The position numbers and the translations under genes are program-made. 64,000 nt of DNA from an uncultured Chloroflexota bacterium (GTDB lineage: Bacteria > Chloroflexota > Chloroflexia > Thermomicrobiales > UBA6265), in contig CALMZR010000216.1 in the NCBI GenBank assembly GCA_937870845.1, positions 4,464-68,463 on the forward strand. Reading direction: 5' to 3'. The notes below the pieces were generated by a model, which saw only the letters and a program-made list of their open reading frames with translations, ran no database searches and was not told the DNA's origin. Each line of letters starts with the position of its first letter. Position 1 is the stretch's first letter. Shown piece after piece: positions 10,271-20,019 of the stretch.

Positions 10271-10678
10271 ATGTCAGAACGACGACGAGGCGGAAAGGGC
10301 AAGACGCGCGTCCGGCGCCGCGACCGAAAGAACATTCCTCGCGGACGGGCATACGTGCAGGCGACGTTCAACAACACGATCGTCACTATGACCGATCCCG
10401 CGGGGAACGTGATCGCGTGGTCTAGCTCGGGGGCGAACGGGTTCAAGGGGAGCCGCAAGAGCACGCCCTACGCCGCCCAGGTTACCGCAGAATCCGCGGC
10501 ACGCAAGGCGATGGAGCATGGCTTGCGCCAAGTCGACGTGTTCGTGAAGGGACCCGGGTCCGGCCGGGAAATGGCGATTCGCTCCTTGCAATCGAGCGGG
10601 GTTCAAGTCGTGTCGATCACGGACACGACGCCGATCCCGTTCAATGGCTGCCGGCCGCCGAAGAGGCGGCGGGTCTAG
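10271..10678 (+). CDS. rpsK: 30S ribosomal protein S11
   Basis: ...[46 protein letters not shown]... Confidence 0.96.
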   Translation: MSERRRGGKGKTRVRRRDRKNIPRGRAYVQATFNNTIVTMTDPAGNVIAWSSSGANGFKGSRKSTPYAAQVTAESAARKAMEHGLRQVDVFVKGPGSGREMAIRSLQSSGVQVVSITDTTPIPFNGCRPPKRRRV

Positions 10679-10765
10679 TTCTCCAGGCCGTGATTTCGCC
10701 GGGCCAGCCCCGCGATTCGGTGTGCGGTCTGGCACGAGCAACTCAACGGAGGACGTAAGAGAAGC

Positions 10766-11410
10766 ATGGCACGATACACCGGCCCGGTGTGCCGCCTCTG
10801 CCGGCGCGAAGGGATGAAACTCTATTTGAAGGGGGCGCGTTGCGAAGGGCCGAAGTGCCCGATCGTGAAGCGGCAGCCCGCCAAGAATTTCCCCCCCGGT
10901 CAGCATGGCCAGCGGCGGACGCGGCGCCCATCTGAGTTCGGATTGCAGCTTCGCGAAAAGCAGAAGGTGCGCCGGTTCTACGGGGTCATGGAGAGCCAGT
11001 TCCACAAGCACTTCGTGGAAGCCGAGCGCCGCGGCGGCGTGACCGGCGACAACTTGCTGCAGATTCTGGAGTCGCGGCTCGACAACGTCGTCTATCGGAT
11101 GGGCTTCGCCGATTCGCGGCGGCAGGCGCGCCAGCTCGTGCGGCACGGCCACTTTACGGTCAACGGCCGCAAGACGAACATCCCGTCGTTCCTGGTCAAA
11201 CCGGGCGACGTCGTCGCCGTGCGAACGCAGAGCCGGGGCCGGGAATACTTTACCGATTACTCGGAAGTGCTGAACACGCGGCGCGCGCCGGACTGGATGA
11301 CGGTCGATTCGAACACGCTCAGTGGCCGCGTTCTAAATCTGCCCGCGCGGGATCAGATCGAAGTCCCGGCGTTCAACGAGGCGCTGGTCGTCGAGCACTA
11401 CAGCCGGTAG
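10766..11410 (+). CDS. rpsD: 30S ribosomal protein S4
   Basis: [31 protein letters not shown]... plus a C-terminal S4 RNA-binding domain. Confidence 0.96.
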   Translation: MARYTGPVCRLCRREGMKLYLKGARCEGPKCPIVKRQPAKNFPPGQHGQRRTRRPSEFGLQLREKQKVRRFYGVMESQFHKHFVEAERRGGVTGDNLLQILESRLDNVVYRMGFADSRRQARQLVRHGHFTVNGRKTNIPSFLVKPGDVVAVRTQSRGREYFTDYSEVLNTRRAPDWMTVDSNTLSGRVLNLPARDQIEVPAFNEALVVEHYSR

Positions 11411-11465
11411 CCTGCGGCGCGCTCGCAGCGTCGCGGAGCTAACCAAGACACGGAGGCATGGCGTC

Positions 11466-12575
11466 TTGTTGGAGCGACCGCAATTTCACATCGAAACGAT
11501 CGAGACTGGGCTCAACTACGGCCGCTACAAGGCCGAGCCGATGGAGCCCGGCTACGGTACGACGTTCGGCAACGCGCTGCGGCGGATCCTGCTGCGCTCG
11601 CTGGAGGGGGCGGCAGTATCGCGGGTGCGCCTCGACAATGTCTGGCACGAATTCTCCACGATCCCCAACGTGCGCGAAGACGTGACCGAGATCGTGCTGA
11701 ACCTCAAGCGCGTCCGTCTCAAGAGACTGATGGATCTCAATGGTGAAACCCGCGCCCACCTCTACGTTACGGGCGACCCATCCGGCGAACGGCAAGTCAC
11801 CGCGGGAGATGTGGTCTGGCCGGCGGAGGTCGACGTCATCAACCCAGAGCAGGTGATCGCGACCATCGACGCTCCGGACGGCGTGATGGATATGGATCTG
11901 TGGATCACGCAGGATCGGGGATACAAGCCGGCCGAGATGCAGGAGTCGTACTCGATCGGCGAGATTCCGATCGACGCCATCTACACGCCGATCGAGCGCG
12001 TCAACTTCGTGGTGGAGCACACGCGCGTCGGGCCGATGACTGACTACGACCGCCTCATCATCGAGGTGCTGACGGACGGCACCATCGAACCGGATGACGC
12101 GCTTGCCGAAGCCGCTCGCATCCTCATGCAGCAGGCGCAGGTCTTTGCATCCTTCACCCAGGTTGAGGGCGACCTGGCGGAAGCCGGCGGTCTCGCGATT
12201 CCTGAGGAGGTGCTCAACAAGCCGCTCTCCGAACTTGGCCTTTCTCCGCGAGTCCTCAACGCGCTGCGCAGCCGGCAGATCGAGCGGGTTGGCCAGGTGC
12301 TGACGATCGATCCCGAGCAGCTCCTTTCCATCCGCAACTTCGGGCCGCGCTCGATGACCGAGTTGCGACAGAAGTTGGCCGAGTTCGGCTATCTGCCGGA
12401 GAGCGAAGTCAATCTTGTTGGCGGAGAGTTCCTCGACGGACTTGAGGGTGAAGACGACGAGCTCGATGGCGATCTGCTCGCCGTCAGCGACGACGAGATG
12501 GCCGAAGCGGTCGCCTCCCTGCGCGGCGTTGGCGTCGCGTCCGGTGACGCTGCCGGCGAGGAGGACTCGGAATGA
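11466..12575 (+). CDS. rpoA: DNA-directed RNA polymerase subunit alpha
   Basis: ...YGRYKAEPMEPGYGTTFGNALRRILLRSLEGAAV... for the NTD and ...LGLSPRVLNALRSRQIERVGQVL... for the CTD HhH. TTG start. Confidence 0.96.
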   Translation: MLERPQFHIETIETGLNYGRYKAEPMEPGYGTTFGNALRRILLRSLEGAAVSRVRLDNVWHEFSTIPNVREDVTEIVLNLKRVRLKRLMDLNGETRAHLYVTGDPSGERQVTAGDVVWPAEVDVINPEQVIATIDAPDGVMDMDLWITQDRGYKPAEMQESYSIGEIPIDAIYTPIERVNFVVEHTRVGPMTDYDRLIIEVLTDGTIEPDDALAEAARILMQQAQVFASFTQVEGDLAEAGGLAIPEEVLNKPLSELGLSPRVLNALRSRQIERVGQVLTIDPEQLLSIRNFGPRSMTELRQKLAEFGYLPESEVNLVGGEFLDGLEGEDDELDGDLLAVSDDEMAEAVASLRGVGVASGDAAGEEDSE

Positions 12576-12928
12576 GGCATCGCAAGGCGGGCCGCAAGTT
12601 CGGGCGCAACCCCGCCCAGCGCAAGGCATTGCTCCGGCAATTGGCCGTCTCGATGATCTTGCACGAACGACTGACGACAACTGAGGCGAAAGCAAAGACG
12701 CTGCGCCCGATCGTGGAGAAGCTCGTCACCATCGCACGCGAGGACAGCAACCATCACCGCAAGCTGGTGATGTCGAAGATCGACCACGAGCCGGCTGTGG
12801 ATAAGCTGTTCGATGTTATCGCGCCGCGATTCGAAGAAGCCCCGGGCGGATACACCCGCATCTCCAAGTTGGGCGTCCGCCATGGCGACGCGGCGCCGCT
12901 GGCGCTGATCGAGTTTGTCGAGGCTTAG
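12572..12928 (+). CDS. rplQ: 50S ribosomal protein L17
   Basis: MRHRKAGRKFGRNPAQRKALLRQLAVSMILHERLTTTEAKAK... Confidence 0.95.
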   Translation: MRHRKAGRKFGRNPAQRKALLRQLAVSMILHERLTTTEAKAKTLRPIVEKLVTIAREDSNHHRKLVMSKIDHEPAVDKLFDVIAPRFEEAPGGYTRISKLGVRHGDAAPLALIEFVEA

Positions 12929-12948
12929 GTGGCTCGCTCCACACGCCA

Positions 12949-13806
12949 ATGCCGCGCTTCCGGGTCACACTGGCGTATGACGGTACGGACTTCGCTGGCT
13001 CCCAGGCGCAGCCGAACCAGCGCACGGTCCAGGGAGAGTTGGAGCGTGCGCTCGCTCAGACCGTCGGGGTGCGCACGCGGGCATTGTTCGCGGGTCGGAC
13101 GGATCGCGGCGTTCACGCCACCGGCCAGGTCGCGGCCTTCGATATGCACGCGTGGCGGTGGGGTCCGGCTGATCTTCAGCGCTCGCTCAATGCATCACTG
13201 CCAAGCGATCTGCGAGTGCTCGCGGCGAGCGAGGCGGACGCAGCATTTCACCCGCGCTTCGACGCAGCGTGGCGGGAGTATCGTTACTGGGTCGCGCCGG
13301 GCGCGCTTAGCCCGTTTCTCGGACGGTACGCCTGGACGCCTCGCGGAGATGTGGCGGTGGATCGGATGCTCGGTGGCGCCACGCACTTGGAGGGAACGCA
13401 CGACTTCGCCTCGTTCGCCGGCGGCGGCGAAGGGGTCCCGTGGTCACGGCGAGCAATGCATGCCCGCGGCACGACGAGAACGCTTTTTCGCTGTGCGTGC
13501 CGAGAGGCTGAGATTCGATTCGGACCCGGCTGCGACCACCAACGGGCGATCGAAGTCGTGACGACAGCCGATGGGTTCTTGCCTCGCATGGTGAGGAACA
13601 TCGTCGGCGCCTTGGTCGAAGTGGGGCAAGGACGTCGGCCCCCGGAATGGATCGCCGACGTTCTGGCTTACCGGGATAGGCGGCTCGGCTCGGTCGTGGC
13701 CCCGGCCCATGGACTGGCGCTCACCGCGGTGGGCTACGACGACGTGACATATGACTTGCGGCCGGCAGGACCGGGGCAACGTAGAACGGACGAAGGAGCG
13801 ACATGA
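12949..13806 (+). CDS. truA: tRNA pseudouridine(38-40) synthase TruA
   Basis: [35 protein letters not shown]...[18 protein letters not shown]... contains the catalytic Asp motif. Confidence 0.92.
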   Translation: MPRFRVTLAYDGTDFAGSQAQPNQRTVQGELERALAQTVGVRTRALFAGRTDRGVHATGQVAAFDMHAWRWGPADLQRSLNASLPSDLRVLAASEADAAFHPRFDAAWREYRYWVAPGALSPFLGRYAWTPRGDVAVDRMLGGATHLEGTHDFASFAGGGEGVPWSRRAMHARGTTRTLFRCACREAEIRFGPGCDHQRAIEVVTTADGFLPRMVRNIVGALVEVGQGRRPPEWIADVLAYRDRRLGSVVAPAHGLALTAVGYDDVTYDLRPAGPGQRRTDEGAT

Positions 13807-14264
13807 TGGAGCGGCGGACCTGGTCGCCGAAGATGGCTGATCTGAATACGGATAAGCGGTGGTATGTCGTCGACGCCGAGGGCAAGACTCTTGGCCGACT
13901 GGCTACCGTCATCGCGGCTACGTTGCGCGGCAAGACGAAGCCGACGTTCTCGCCGCATGCCGACATGGGCGATTTCGTGATCGTGGTGAACGCCGAAAAG
14001 GTGGTCCTCACGGGCAAAAAAGAGACGCAGAAGTTCTACACGCGGCACTCGGGCTATCCCGGCGGCTTGAGGCGGCGGTCGGTGCGCGAGGTGCGCTCCA
14101 CCTTTCCGGAGCGCCTCATCGAGAACGCGGTGCGCGGTATGCTGCCCCGAAACGCGCTTGGCGAGAAACAATTCAAGAAGCTTCGGGTTTACGCCGGGCC
14201 GGATCATCCCCACGCTACGCAGCAGCCGGGACCCCTGTCGCTGGAACCGACCTCGGCAGCGTAG
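13803..14264 (+). CDS. rplM: 50S ribosomal protein L13
   Basis: ...[33 protein letters not shown]... ATGA overlap with truA. Confidence 0.95.
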   Translation: MMERRTWSPKMADLNTDKRWYVVDAEGKTLGRLATVIAATLRGKTKPTFSPHADMGDFVIVVNAEKVVLTGKKETQKFYTRHSGYPGGLRRRSVREVRSTFPERLIENAVRGMLPRNALGEKQFKKLRVYAGPDHPHATQQPGPLSLEPTSAA

Positions 14265-14322
14265 GTGATCGGGACGAGTTAGAGCGCCGGCTGGAACGGT
14301 GCGAGTGAGAGGTTGCATCACC

Positions 14323-14721
14323 ATGGCGGAGGCGTCTTATATCTGGAGCGTCGGACGGCGGAAGTCCGCCGTGGCGCGCATTCGGCTCTACCCCGGATCG
14401 GGCAAGATCACGGTCAACGGTCGCCCGGCGACCGAGTATTTCGGCGGTCGCGCCATTCATCAGGCGACGCTCAACGAACCGCTGCTGCTGACCGGAACTC
14501 GCGAGCGGTTTGACGTCACGGTGCGCGTCGTTGGCGGCGGGGTTTCCGGCCAAGCAGGCGCCATCCGGCACGGTATTGCGCGGGCGCTGACGCGGTTCGA
14601 CGAGGAATTGCGGCCGACGCTCAAGCGGGCGCGGCTGCTGACGAGGGACGCGCGCGTCAAGGAACGCAAGAAGGTCGGTCTCAAGCGAGCCCGAAAGGCG
14701 CCGCAGTATACCAAGCGGTAG
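14323..14721 (+). CDS. rpsI: 30S ribosomal protein S9
   Basis: [35 protein letters not shown]...RKAPQYTKR*. Internal ATG at 14323. Confidence 0.95.
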   Translation: MAEASYIWSVGRRKSAVARIRLYPGSGKITVNGRPATEYFGGRAIHQATLNEPLLLTGTRERFDVTVRVVGGGVSGQAGAIRHGIARALTRFDEELRPTLKRARLLTRDARVKERKKVGLKRARKAPQYTKR

Positions 14722-14741
14722 CTTTCCGTCCTCTTTTGGTC

Positions 14742-14790
14742 GGCTCGACGCCGGGGACCACCCCTCGGCGTCGGGCCGATGTCGTTTTTT
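14742..14790 (+). terminator. Candidate rho-independent terminator ending the ribosomal operon
   Basis: A GC-rich imperfect hairpin (CGACGCCGGGG...CCCCTCGGCGTCG) is followed by GTCGTTTTTTCG, 20 nt after the rpsI stop. Confidence 0.5.
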
Positions 14791-14826
14791 CGCTGCGAAC
14801 GGGCCGGACGATAGCAATTGCGCCGG

Positions 14827-15654
14827 TCAGCTTCCTCGGGGAGATGGGCTGTCTTCGTAGCGGTCTATGCCTTCGCGCAGCGCCTGAGCATGGAAGAACG
14901 CGCGCTCGCCGATATAGTCGGCGGCGCGCTCCGCGGAGCGCGCCGCCGCGCGCGGGGTCACGGGGAATGGGACCGGAGCATTTGACGTTAGCGCCACGTC
15001 CAGCCGATCCGTACGATCGATCGCCGCGTGCAGTGCTCGGCAGGCGACGCGGTCGCGACCGACGGCCGATCGCGATGGAGCTGTCGAGGGCATACGTAGA
15101 ATCGTGAGGCGTCTGCCGATGCGAGAAACCGCGGCTTCGGCCTCCCACGTCGGATCGAACCTGCCGGCAAGGTCGATTGCCACGGCAAGATCCCACTCCT
15201 CGGCGAAGCGTCTGATCGCACCCAGTTGCACCAGATGCGGCCGTCCCCCGCGCAGTGTCGTCGACGGCAAGCCGACGGCGAGTGTCCAGCCGCGGACTGA
15301 GCCGGATGTCTGAACGAAGGTCCGCGCCACGTCGCGCAGGGCGGCGCCAGAGGACGTCAACACGACCACTGGCGGGCCCTCAGGCTGCCGCGCATGGATG
15401 GCGTCGATCAGCCGTTTCGTCCTGGGCGTCCGGACGTGGTCAATGTGGAGCCAGATGGATCGGATGGGGATGTGTGGGTGCTCACTCGGGCCGGTCAACG
15501 TGGCAAGCCAGACACCAAGGGGTGACGAAGCGTCGAGATCGATCCCGTCAGCATCGGCCGTGCCCGCGACGTGTTGCACCATCCAGGCAGGCATCAAAGC
15601 GCCTCGGGTAGAGAAACTGACGGCGATGGACGACCCGGGGATTCTGCGGGGCAT
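14827..15654 (-). CDS. Hypothetical protein (275 aa)
   Basis: A long ORF convergent with rpsI. I recognise no family motif. The start is uncertain. Confidence 0.5.
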   Translation of the reverse strand: MPRRIPGSSIAVSFSTRGALMPAWMVQHVAGTADADGIDLDASSPLGVWLATLTGPSEHPHIPIRSIWLHIDHVRTPRTKRLIDAIHARQPEGPPVVVLTSSGAALRDVARTFVQTSGSVRGWTLAVGLPSTTLRGGRPHLVQLGAIRRFAEEWDLAVAIDLAGRFDPTWEAEAAVSRIGRRLTILRMPSTAPSRSAVGRDRVACRALHAAIDRTDRLDVALTSNAPVPFPVTPRAAARSAERAADYIGERAFFHAQALREGIDRYEDSPSPRGS

Positions 15655-15720
15655 GCGTGTGCTCTCATGACTCGGTGGCGTCGATGCTTCGACGCGGATT
15701 CGGGAACGTCTCGTTGGAGT

Positions 15721-16524
15721 CTAGCACCCTCCTATCTGCCGCTCAATCGTCTGGCCCCACCGTATCGTCAGCCCAGGCACACCCAGTTCGACAGACCCGC
15801 CGAAGGCCTCCTGGCATGCGGCAAGGGCCGCGAAGGGATTGTTCTCGGCCCAGAGATGGGAGAGCACGAGGAATTCTGCATTTGCGCGTCGGGCCAAGAG
15901 AGCAGCTTCTTCTGGTGTGAGATGGCCTCGCGTCGAAATATCTTCTTTCGAGTCGATTTGCACTGTGCCTTCTGCCACGACGACTGACGAATCGAGGGCA
16001 AAGTCGGCCAGATCGGCGGCGGGGCCAGTGTCCGCGGTGTAGAAGAGGTCGCCGTCGCGCCCGTTAGAGACGCGAATCGCCCAGCACGGGACGTAATGCA
16101 CCGTCGACTGAAAGCGAAGGCGGAGGTCGCCAATGCTTAGCTCGCCGGCTGGATCGAACTCACGAACGTCAAGGACTGAGAAATACGCCGACGCTTGTGC
16201 TGAGTCGGCGATAGCGCCGGCCAAGCGGTTCAACAACGTACACCCACCCGGCGGCAGCCAGAGCGGGATCGGTCCGGGCGGTGGAACGGGGTTGTACGTC
16301 AGCGCGAACCGGAGCGCCAGAAGGTCGAGCCAGTGATCGACGTGGAGGTGTGAGACGACGATGCCGTCGAGCGTCCGGAAATTGGCGTGCTTCCGCAACT
16401 CGGGGAGCGTGCCGGGGCCGAGATCGAGGACGACGCGCGTCTGGCCACTATGCACGAGGTAGCCGCTGCATCCCTGTCCGGGGTTGGGACCGGCGGCGCT
16501 TCCGCCGAGGACCGTCAATTCCAT
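15721..16524 (-). CDS. MBL-fold metallo-hydrolase
   Basis: MELTVLGGSAAGPNPGQGCSGYLV...GIVVSHLHVDHWLDL contains the HxHxDH motif. GGGAG lies 5 nt upstream of ATG 16524. Confidence 0.8.
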   Translation of the reverse strand: MELTVLGGSAAGPNPGQGCSGYLVHSGQTRVVLDLGPGTLPELRKHANFRTLDGIVVSHLHVDHWLDLLALRFALTYNPVPPPGPIPLWLPPGGCTLLNRLAGAIADSAQASAYFSVLDVREFDPAGELSIGDLRLRFQSTVHYVPCWAIRVSNGRDGDLFYTADTGPAADLADFALDSSVVVAEGTVQIDSKEDISTRGHLTPEEAALLARRANAEFLVLSHLWAENNPFAALAACQEAFGGSVELGVPGLTIRWGQTIERQIGGC

Positions 16525-16586
16525 CATTGCTCCCAATCAATTGCCGAATTGGCGCCGCCGCGATCGTGCCAGGGGCAGACTCGTCC

Positions 16587-17285
16587 TCACGGTAGATTCT
16601 CATTCTTGGTTTTGAACGCACTGGGACAACGGTCGCTGAGCACACATTGGCCGCACGCCGGAGCCCGCGCCTTGCAAACAGTCCGGCCGTGCCTGATGAG
16701 GTTGAGGTGGAGGGCGTAGATTGCGTCGCGGGCCGGGCCGATCAGGCCGTCAAGCCAGGCATGCGCCGCGTCGGCGCCAAGGCCGGCCGGGATCAACCCG
16801 AGGCGCCGGCCAACGCGCAATACATGCGTGTCGACCGGCATCGACGGCAGCCCGAGGCTGAAAAGGAGGACACAAGCGGCGGTCTTGGGCCCGACGCCAG
16901 GGAGAGCCAATAACCGGGCGCGAGCATCTGCCGCCGGCAGATCACGCAGCCAATCGAGCGAGTACGCGCCGGTTTGCGCCTCGATCGCGTGAAGCATGCG
17001 TTGAATGCGCGGCGCCTTGAGTTTGGCGAGCCCACCGCTTTGAATCGCCTGGGCGATCGCCGCCTCGTCTGCCGCTGCGGCCTCTTCCCACGTTGGAAAC
17101 CGAGCTTGCAACTCGGCGAAGGCGCGGCCAGAGTTCATGTCCGAGGTGTGTTGAGAAAGGATCGTGGCCACCAGCTCGTCGAGGGCGGGCGCATGGGCCT
17201 TCCAATGTGGCCGACCATACCGCGCGGCCAGCCGCGTCTCCACGACGCTCGCGAGGGCGGAGGCATCGGGCATGTCGTCGGTCAT
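16587..17285 (-). CDS. nth: Endonuclease III family DNA glycosylase (HhH-GPD, 4Fe-4S)
   Basis: ...LPGVGPKTAACVLLFSLGLPSMPVDTHVLRV... is the HhH-GPD motif. The C-terminus has CKARAPACGQCVLSDRC, a C-x6-C-x2-C-x5-C cluster. Confidence 0.88.
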   Translation of the reverse strand: MTDDMPDASALASVVETRLAARYGRPHWKAHAPALDELVATILSQHTSDMNSGRAFAELQARFPTWEEAAAADEAAIAQAIQSGGLAKLKAPRIQRMLHAIEAQTGAYSLDWLRDLPAADARARLLALPGVGPKTAACVLLFSLGLPSMPVDTHVLRVGRRLGLIPAGLGADAAHAWLDGLIGPARDAIYALHLNLIRHGRTVCKARAPACGQCVLSDRCPSAFKTKNENLP

Positions 17286-17348
17286 AGCCTACCCATTATC
17301 GACGGACGCGAACGACGGCGCGGCAGGTGGAAAAATGTCGGCTGCCTT

Positions 17349-17378
17349 TTGACGCGAATCGGAGGATCTGCCTATACT
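17349..17378 (+). promoter_or_regulatory. Candidate sigma-70-type promoter of the pyr operon
   Basis: TTGACG (17349-17354), an 18-nt spacer, then TATACT (17373-17378), about 110 nt upstream of pyrC. Confidence 0.45.
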
Positions 17379-17462
17379 CGACTGGACGCCGAAGACGAGG
17401 GAATTCGTGGCGCAGACGAGAACACGACGCAGGGCGGCAATGCCGTCTCCCGGGCCAGATCG

Positions 17463-17482
17463 GACCGCGAGGCGGTTTTTTT
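17463..17482 (+). promoter_or_regulatory. Short hairpin plus T7 tract (attenuator-like) abutting the pyrC start
   Basis: CCGC-gag-GCGG is followed by TTTTTTT (17476-17482), 8 nt before ATG 17490. The stem is weak. Confidence 0.3.
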
Positions 17483-17489
17483 CTGTGCG

Positions 17490-18833
17490 ATGGTGGATGC
17501 TGTGAGCGGCGGCGTCTTGCTGCGGGGAGGGCGGGTCATAGACCCGGCGAACTCGCTTGACGGCCGCGCCGACGTGCGGGTGCGCGAGGGCGCCATCGTT
17601 GCCCTGGGCGACCTGGCTCCCGAGCCAGCGGAGCGTGTGGTCGACGTCGACGGCTTGATCGTCGCGCCGGGGCTCATCGACGTTCACGTCCACCTGCGCG
17701 AGCCTGGCCACGAGTGGAAAGAGACGATTGGCACGGGCACAGCGGCGGCTGCGGCGGGCGGCTTCACTCGCGTGTATTGCATGCCGAATACCGAGCCGGC
17801 GCTCGACTCAGTCGCGGCGCTGCAGGCGCTGAAGCGCCTTACCGAGCGGGATGCCGTCGTCGCGGTCCATCCGATCGCGGCCATCAGCGAGGGCCGGCGC
17901 GGTCAGCGGCCGGTCGACTACGATGCGTTGGCCACGGCCGGCGCGGTCGGATTCTCCGATGACGGCGAGACCACTCGGGACGTGGCGATCATGCGCGCCG
18001 CGTTGGCGGCGTCGCGCCGAACGAACGTGCCGGTGATGGTGCATTGCGAGGAACCGACGTTGACCGGTGGGGCGATGCACGAAGGCGACATATCCCGAGA
18101 ACTAGCGATGCCCGCTATTCCCGCCGTCGCTGAGGAGTCGATCATCGACCGCGACATCGCGCTTGCGCAGTTCACCGGCGGATGGCTGCACGTTTGTCAT
18201 GTTTCGACCGCTCGTGGGTCCGAATCGGTGGCCAGGGCGAAAGCGCACGGCGTTCGGGTCACGGCGGAAGTCATGCCCCACCATCTGGCGATGACCGACG
18301 AGTGGGTGGCTGGACGCAGGACGAACGCGCTCGTCAATGAACCACGAGGAGCGCCACAATCCGTTCCCGACCCTGATTGCAAGGTGAATCCTCCATTGCG
18401 AACGAAACAGGATGCGGCATCGCTGCTCGATGCCCTGAGAGCTGGGGCCATCGATCTCGTTTCCACCGATCACGCTCCGCACGCACGGACGGAGAAGCAG
18501 GGGAGATCGTTCGCAACGGCGGCGTTTGGCATGAACGGCAGCGAGTTCGCTCTGCCGATACTGCTTGCCTTGGTCAGAAGCGGCTGTCTTACAGTGAGCG
18601 ACGTCATCTCGTACCTCAGCGCGGTTCCGGCGCGCCTGTGGGGTCTAGATGCGGGAACGCTCCGGCCTGGAGCACGAGCGGACATCGTCGTTTGCGACCC
18701 GGAAGAGCGATGGACTCCGAGCGCGGATCGGCTCGTGACGCGCAGCGCCAACTCGCCGCTTGTCGGCATGGAATTGCAAGGCCGCGTCAAGTTGACGTTC
18801 GTCGGCGGGGACGAACGATTCCGCGATTGGTGA
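17490..18833 (+). CDS. pyrC: Dihydroorotase
   Basis: An internal ATG of ORF 16974..18833 gives MVDAVSGGVLLRGGRVIDPANSLDGRADVRVREGAIVALG...APGLIDVHVHLREPG..., the amidohydrolase HxH motif. Confidence 0.9.
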   Translation: MVDAVSGGVLLRGGRVIDPANSLDGRADVRVREGAIVALGDLAPEPAERVVDVDGLIVAPGLIDVHVHLREPGHEWKETIGTGTAAAAAGGFTRVYCMPNTEPALDSVAALQALKRLTERDAVVAVHPIAAISEGRRGQRPVDYDALATAGAVGFSDDGETTRDVAIMRAALAASRRTNVPVMVHCEEPTLTGGAMHEGDISRELAMPAIPAVAEESIIDRDIALAQFTGGWLHVCHVSTARGSESVARAKAHGVRVTAEVMPHHLAMTDEWVAGRRTNALVNEPRGAPQSVPDPDCKVNPPLRTKQDAASLLDALRAGAIDLVSTDHAPHARTEKQGRSFATAAFGMNGSEFALPILLALVRSGCLTVSDVISYLSAVPARLWGLDAGTLRPGARADIVVCDPEERWTPSADRLVTRSANSPLVGMELQGRVKLTFVGGDERFRDW

Positions 18834-18837
18834 TCCC

Positions 18838-20019
18838 GTGACGACCCTCCCCGAATCCGGAGCCGGACCCAGATTGCTATCGTCCCGGAGGCGCTACTCG
18901 CCACCCGCGGACGCCGCCGTCGCGCTGGCCGACGGCCGCGTATTCCGTGGTCGCAGCTTTGGGGCCAAGGCCGACGCCGCGGGCGAGGTCGTCTTCACGA
19001 CCACGATGGTCGGCTACCAGGAGGTTAGCTCCGATCCGTCGTTCCGCGGCCAGATCGTCTGCATGACCTACCCTCTTATCGGGAATTACGGCATCCACCC
19101 TGACCAGAGCGAGTCGCGCCAACCGTGGATTGCCGGCCTCATTGTCCGCGAGCATTGCCTCGAACCGAGCCACGACGGATCGACCGGGACCATTGCCGAG
19201 TTCCTCGCCGCCAATGGCATTCCTGGAATCTCCGAAATCGACACGCGAGCCCTGACGCTCCACATTCGATCCGTCGGCGACACGCGCGGCGTGATCGTTC
19301 ATGATGCCGCAGAAACTGACGACGCCCAGCTCGTGGCGCGGGCCCGAGCGGCGCCACTGCCGGGTGAACTCGACGTGGTTGGCGAGGTCACGGTTGTCGA
19401 GGAGGAGACCATCGGCGACGCGGCCGGACCGCACATCGTCGTCCTCGATTGCGGCGTCAAGCGAAACATCATTCGCTCGCTGGAGAAGCGAGGAGCGCTG
19501 ATCACGGTCCTTCCGTTTGGCAGCACCCTGGATGACATTCGGGCGCACGCCCCCGACGGGGTGATCGTCTCGCCTGGACCCGGTGACCCGGCCAACCTTG
19601 ATGCCGGCCTCGACGTCGTCAGCGGCGTCCTGGAGGCCCGTATCCCGTACTTTGGCATCTGCCTCGGCCATCAACTCCTGGCCAGGTCGATCGGCGCCGA
19701 GACGCGGAAGCTCAAATTCGGGCACCGCGGCGGGAATCACCCGGTACGCGATGTTCGCACCGGGGAGGTCACCATTACCTCGCAGAACCATGGCTTCGAA
19801 GTCGACGTCGATACGGTGCCGCGCGACCACGGTTGGGAAGTTCGCCTGGTGAATCTCAACGACGGGTCCGTGGAGGGCCTGGGCCATCGCGACCTGCCGG
19901 TGATGACTGTCCAGTTCCATCCCGAATCCTCTCCGGGTCCGCAGGACAACGACCACCTTTTCGACGACTTTCTCAGCCTCGTGAAGTCCAGCCGGTTTGG
20001 CGGGGGCTCGCCGTCGTGA
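18838..20019 (+). CDS. carA: Carbamoyl-phosphate synthase small (glutaminase) subunit
   Basis: ...FTTTMVGYQEVSSDPSFRGQIVCMTYPLIGNYG...GICLGHQLL...HGFEV... shows the GATase triad context. Confidence 0.95.
   Translation: MTTLPESGAGPRLLSSRRRYSPPADAAVALADGRVFRGRSFGAKADAAGEVVFTTTMVGYQEVSSDPSFRGQIVCMTYPLIGNYGIHPDQSESRQPWIAGLIVREHCLEPSHDGSTGTIAEFLAANGIPGISEIDTRALTLHIRSVGDTRGVIVHDAAETDDAQLVARARAAPLPGELDVVGEVTVVEEETIGDAAGPHIVVLDCGVKRNIIRSLEKRGALITVLPFGSTLDDIRAHAPDGVIVSPGPGDPANLDAGLDVVSGVLEARIPYFGICLGHQLLARSIGAETRKLKFGHRGGNHPVRDVRTGEVTITSQNHGFEVDVDTVPRDHGWEVRLVNLNDGSVEGLGHRDLPVMTVQFHPESSPGPQDNDHLFDDFLSLVKSSRFGGGSPS

Noticed and set aside
17440-17475. A PyrR-binding loop in the pyr leader.
   Set aside because: The segment GGGCCAGAUCGGAC shares only CCAGA with the PyrR consensus I remember (UCCAGAGAGG), and no pyrR gene is in the window. 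I kept it only as a generic attenuator candidate.
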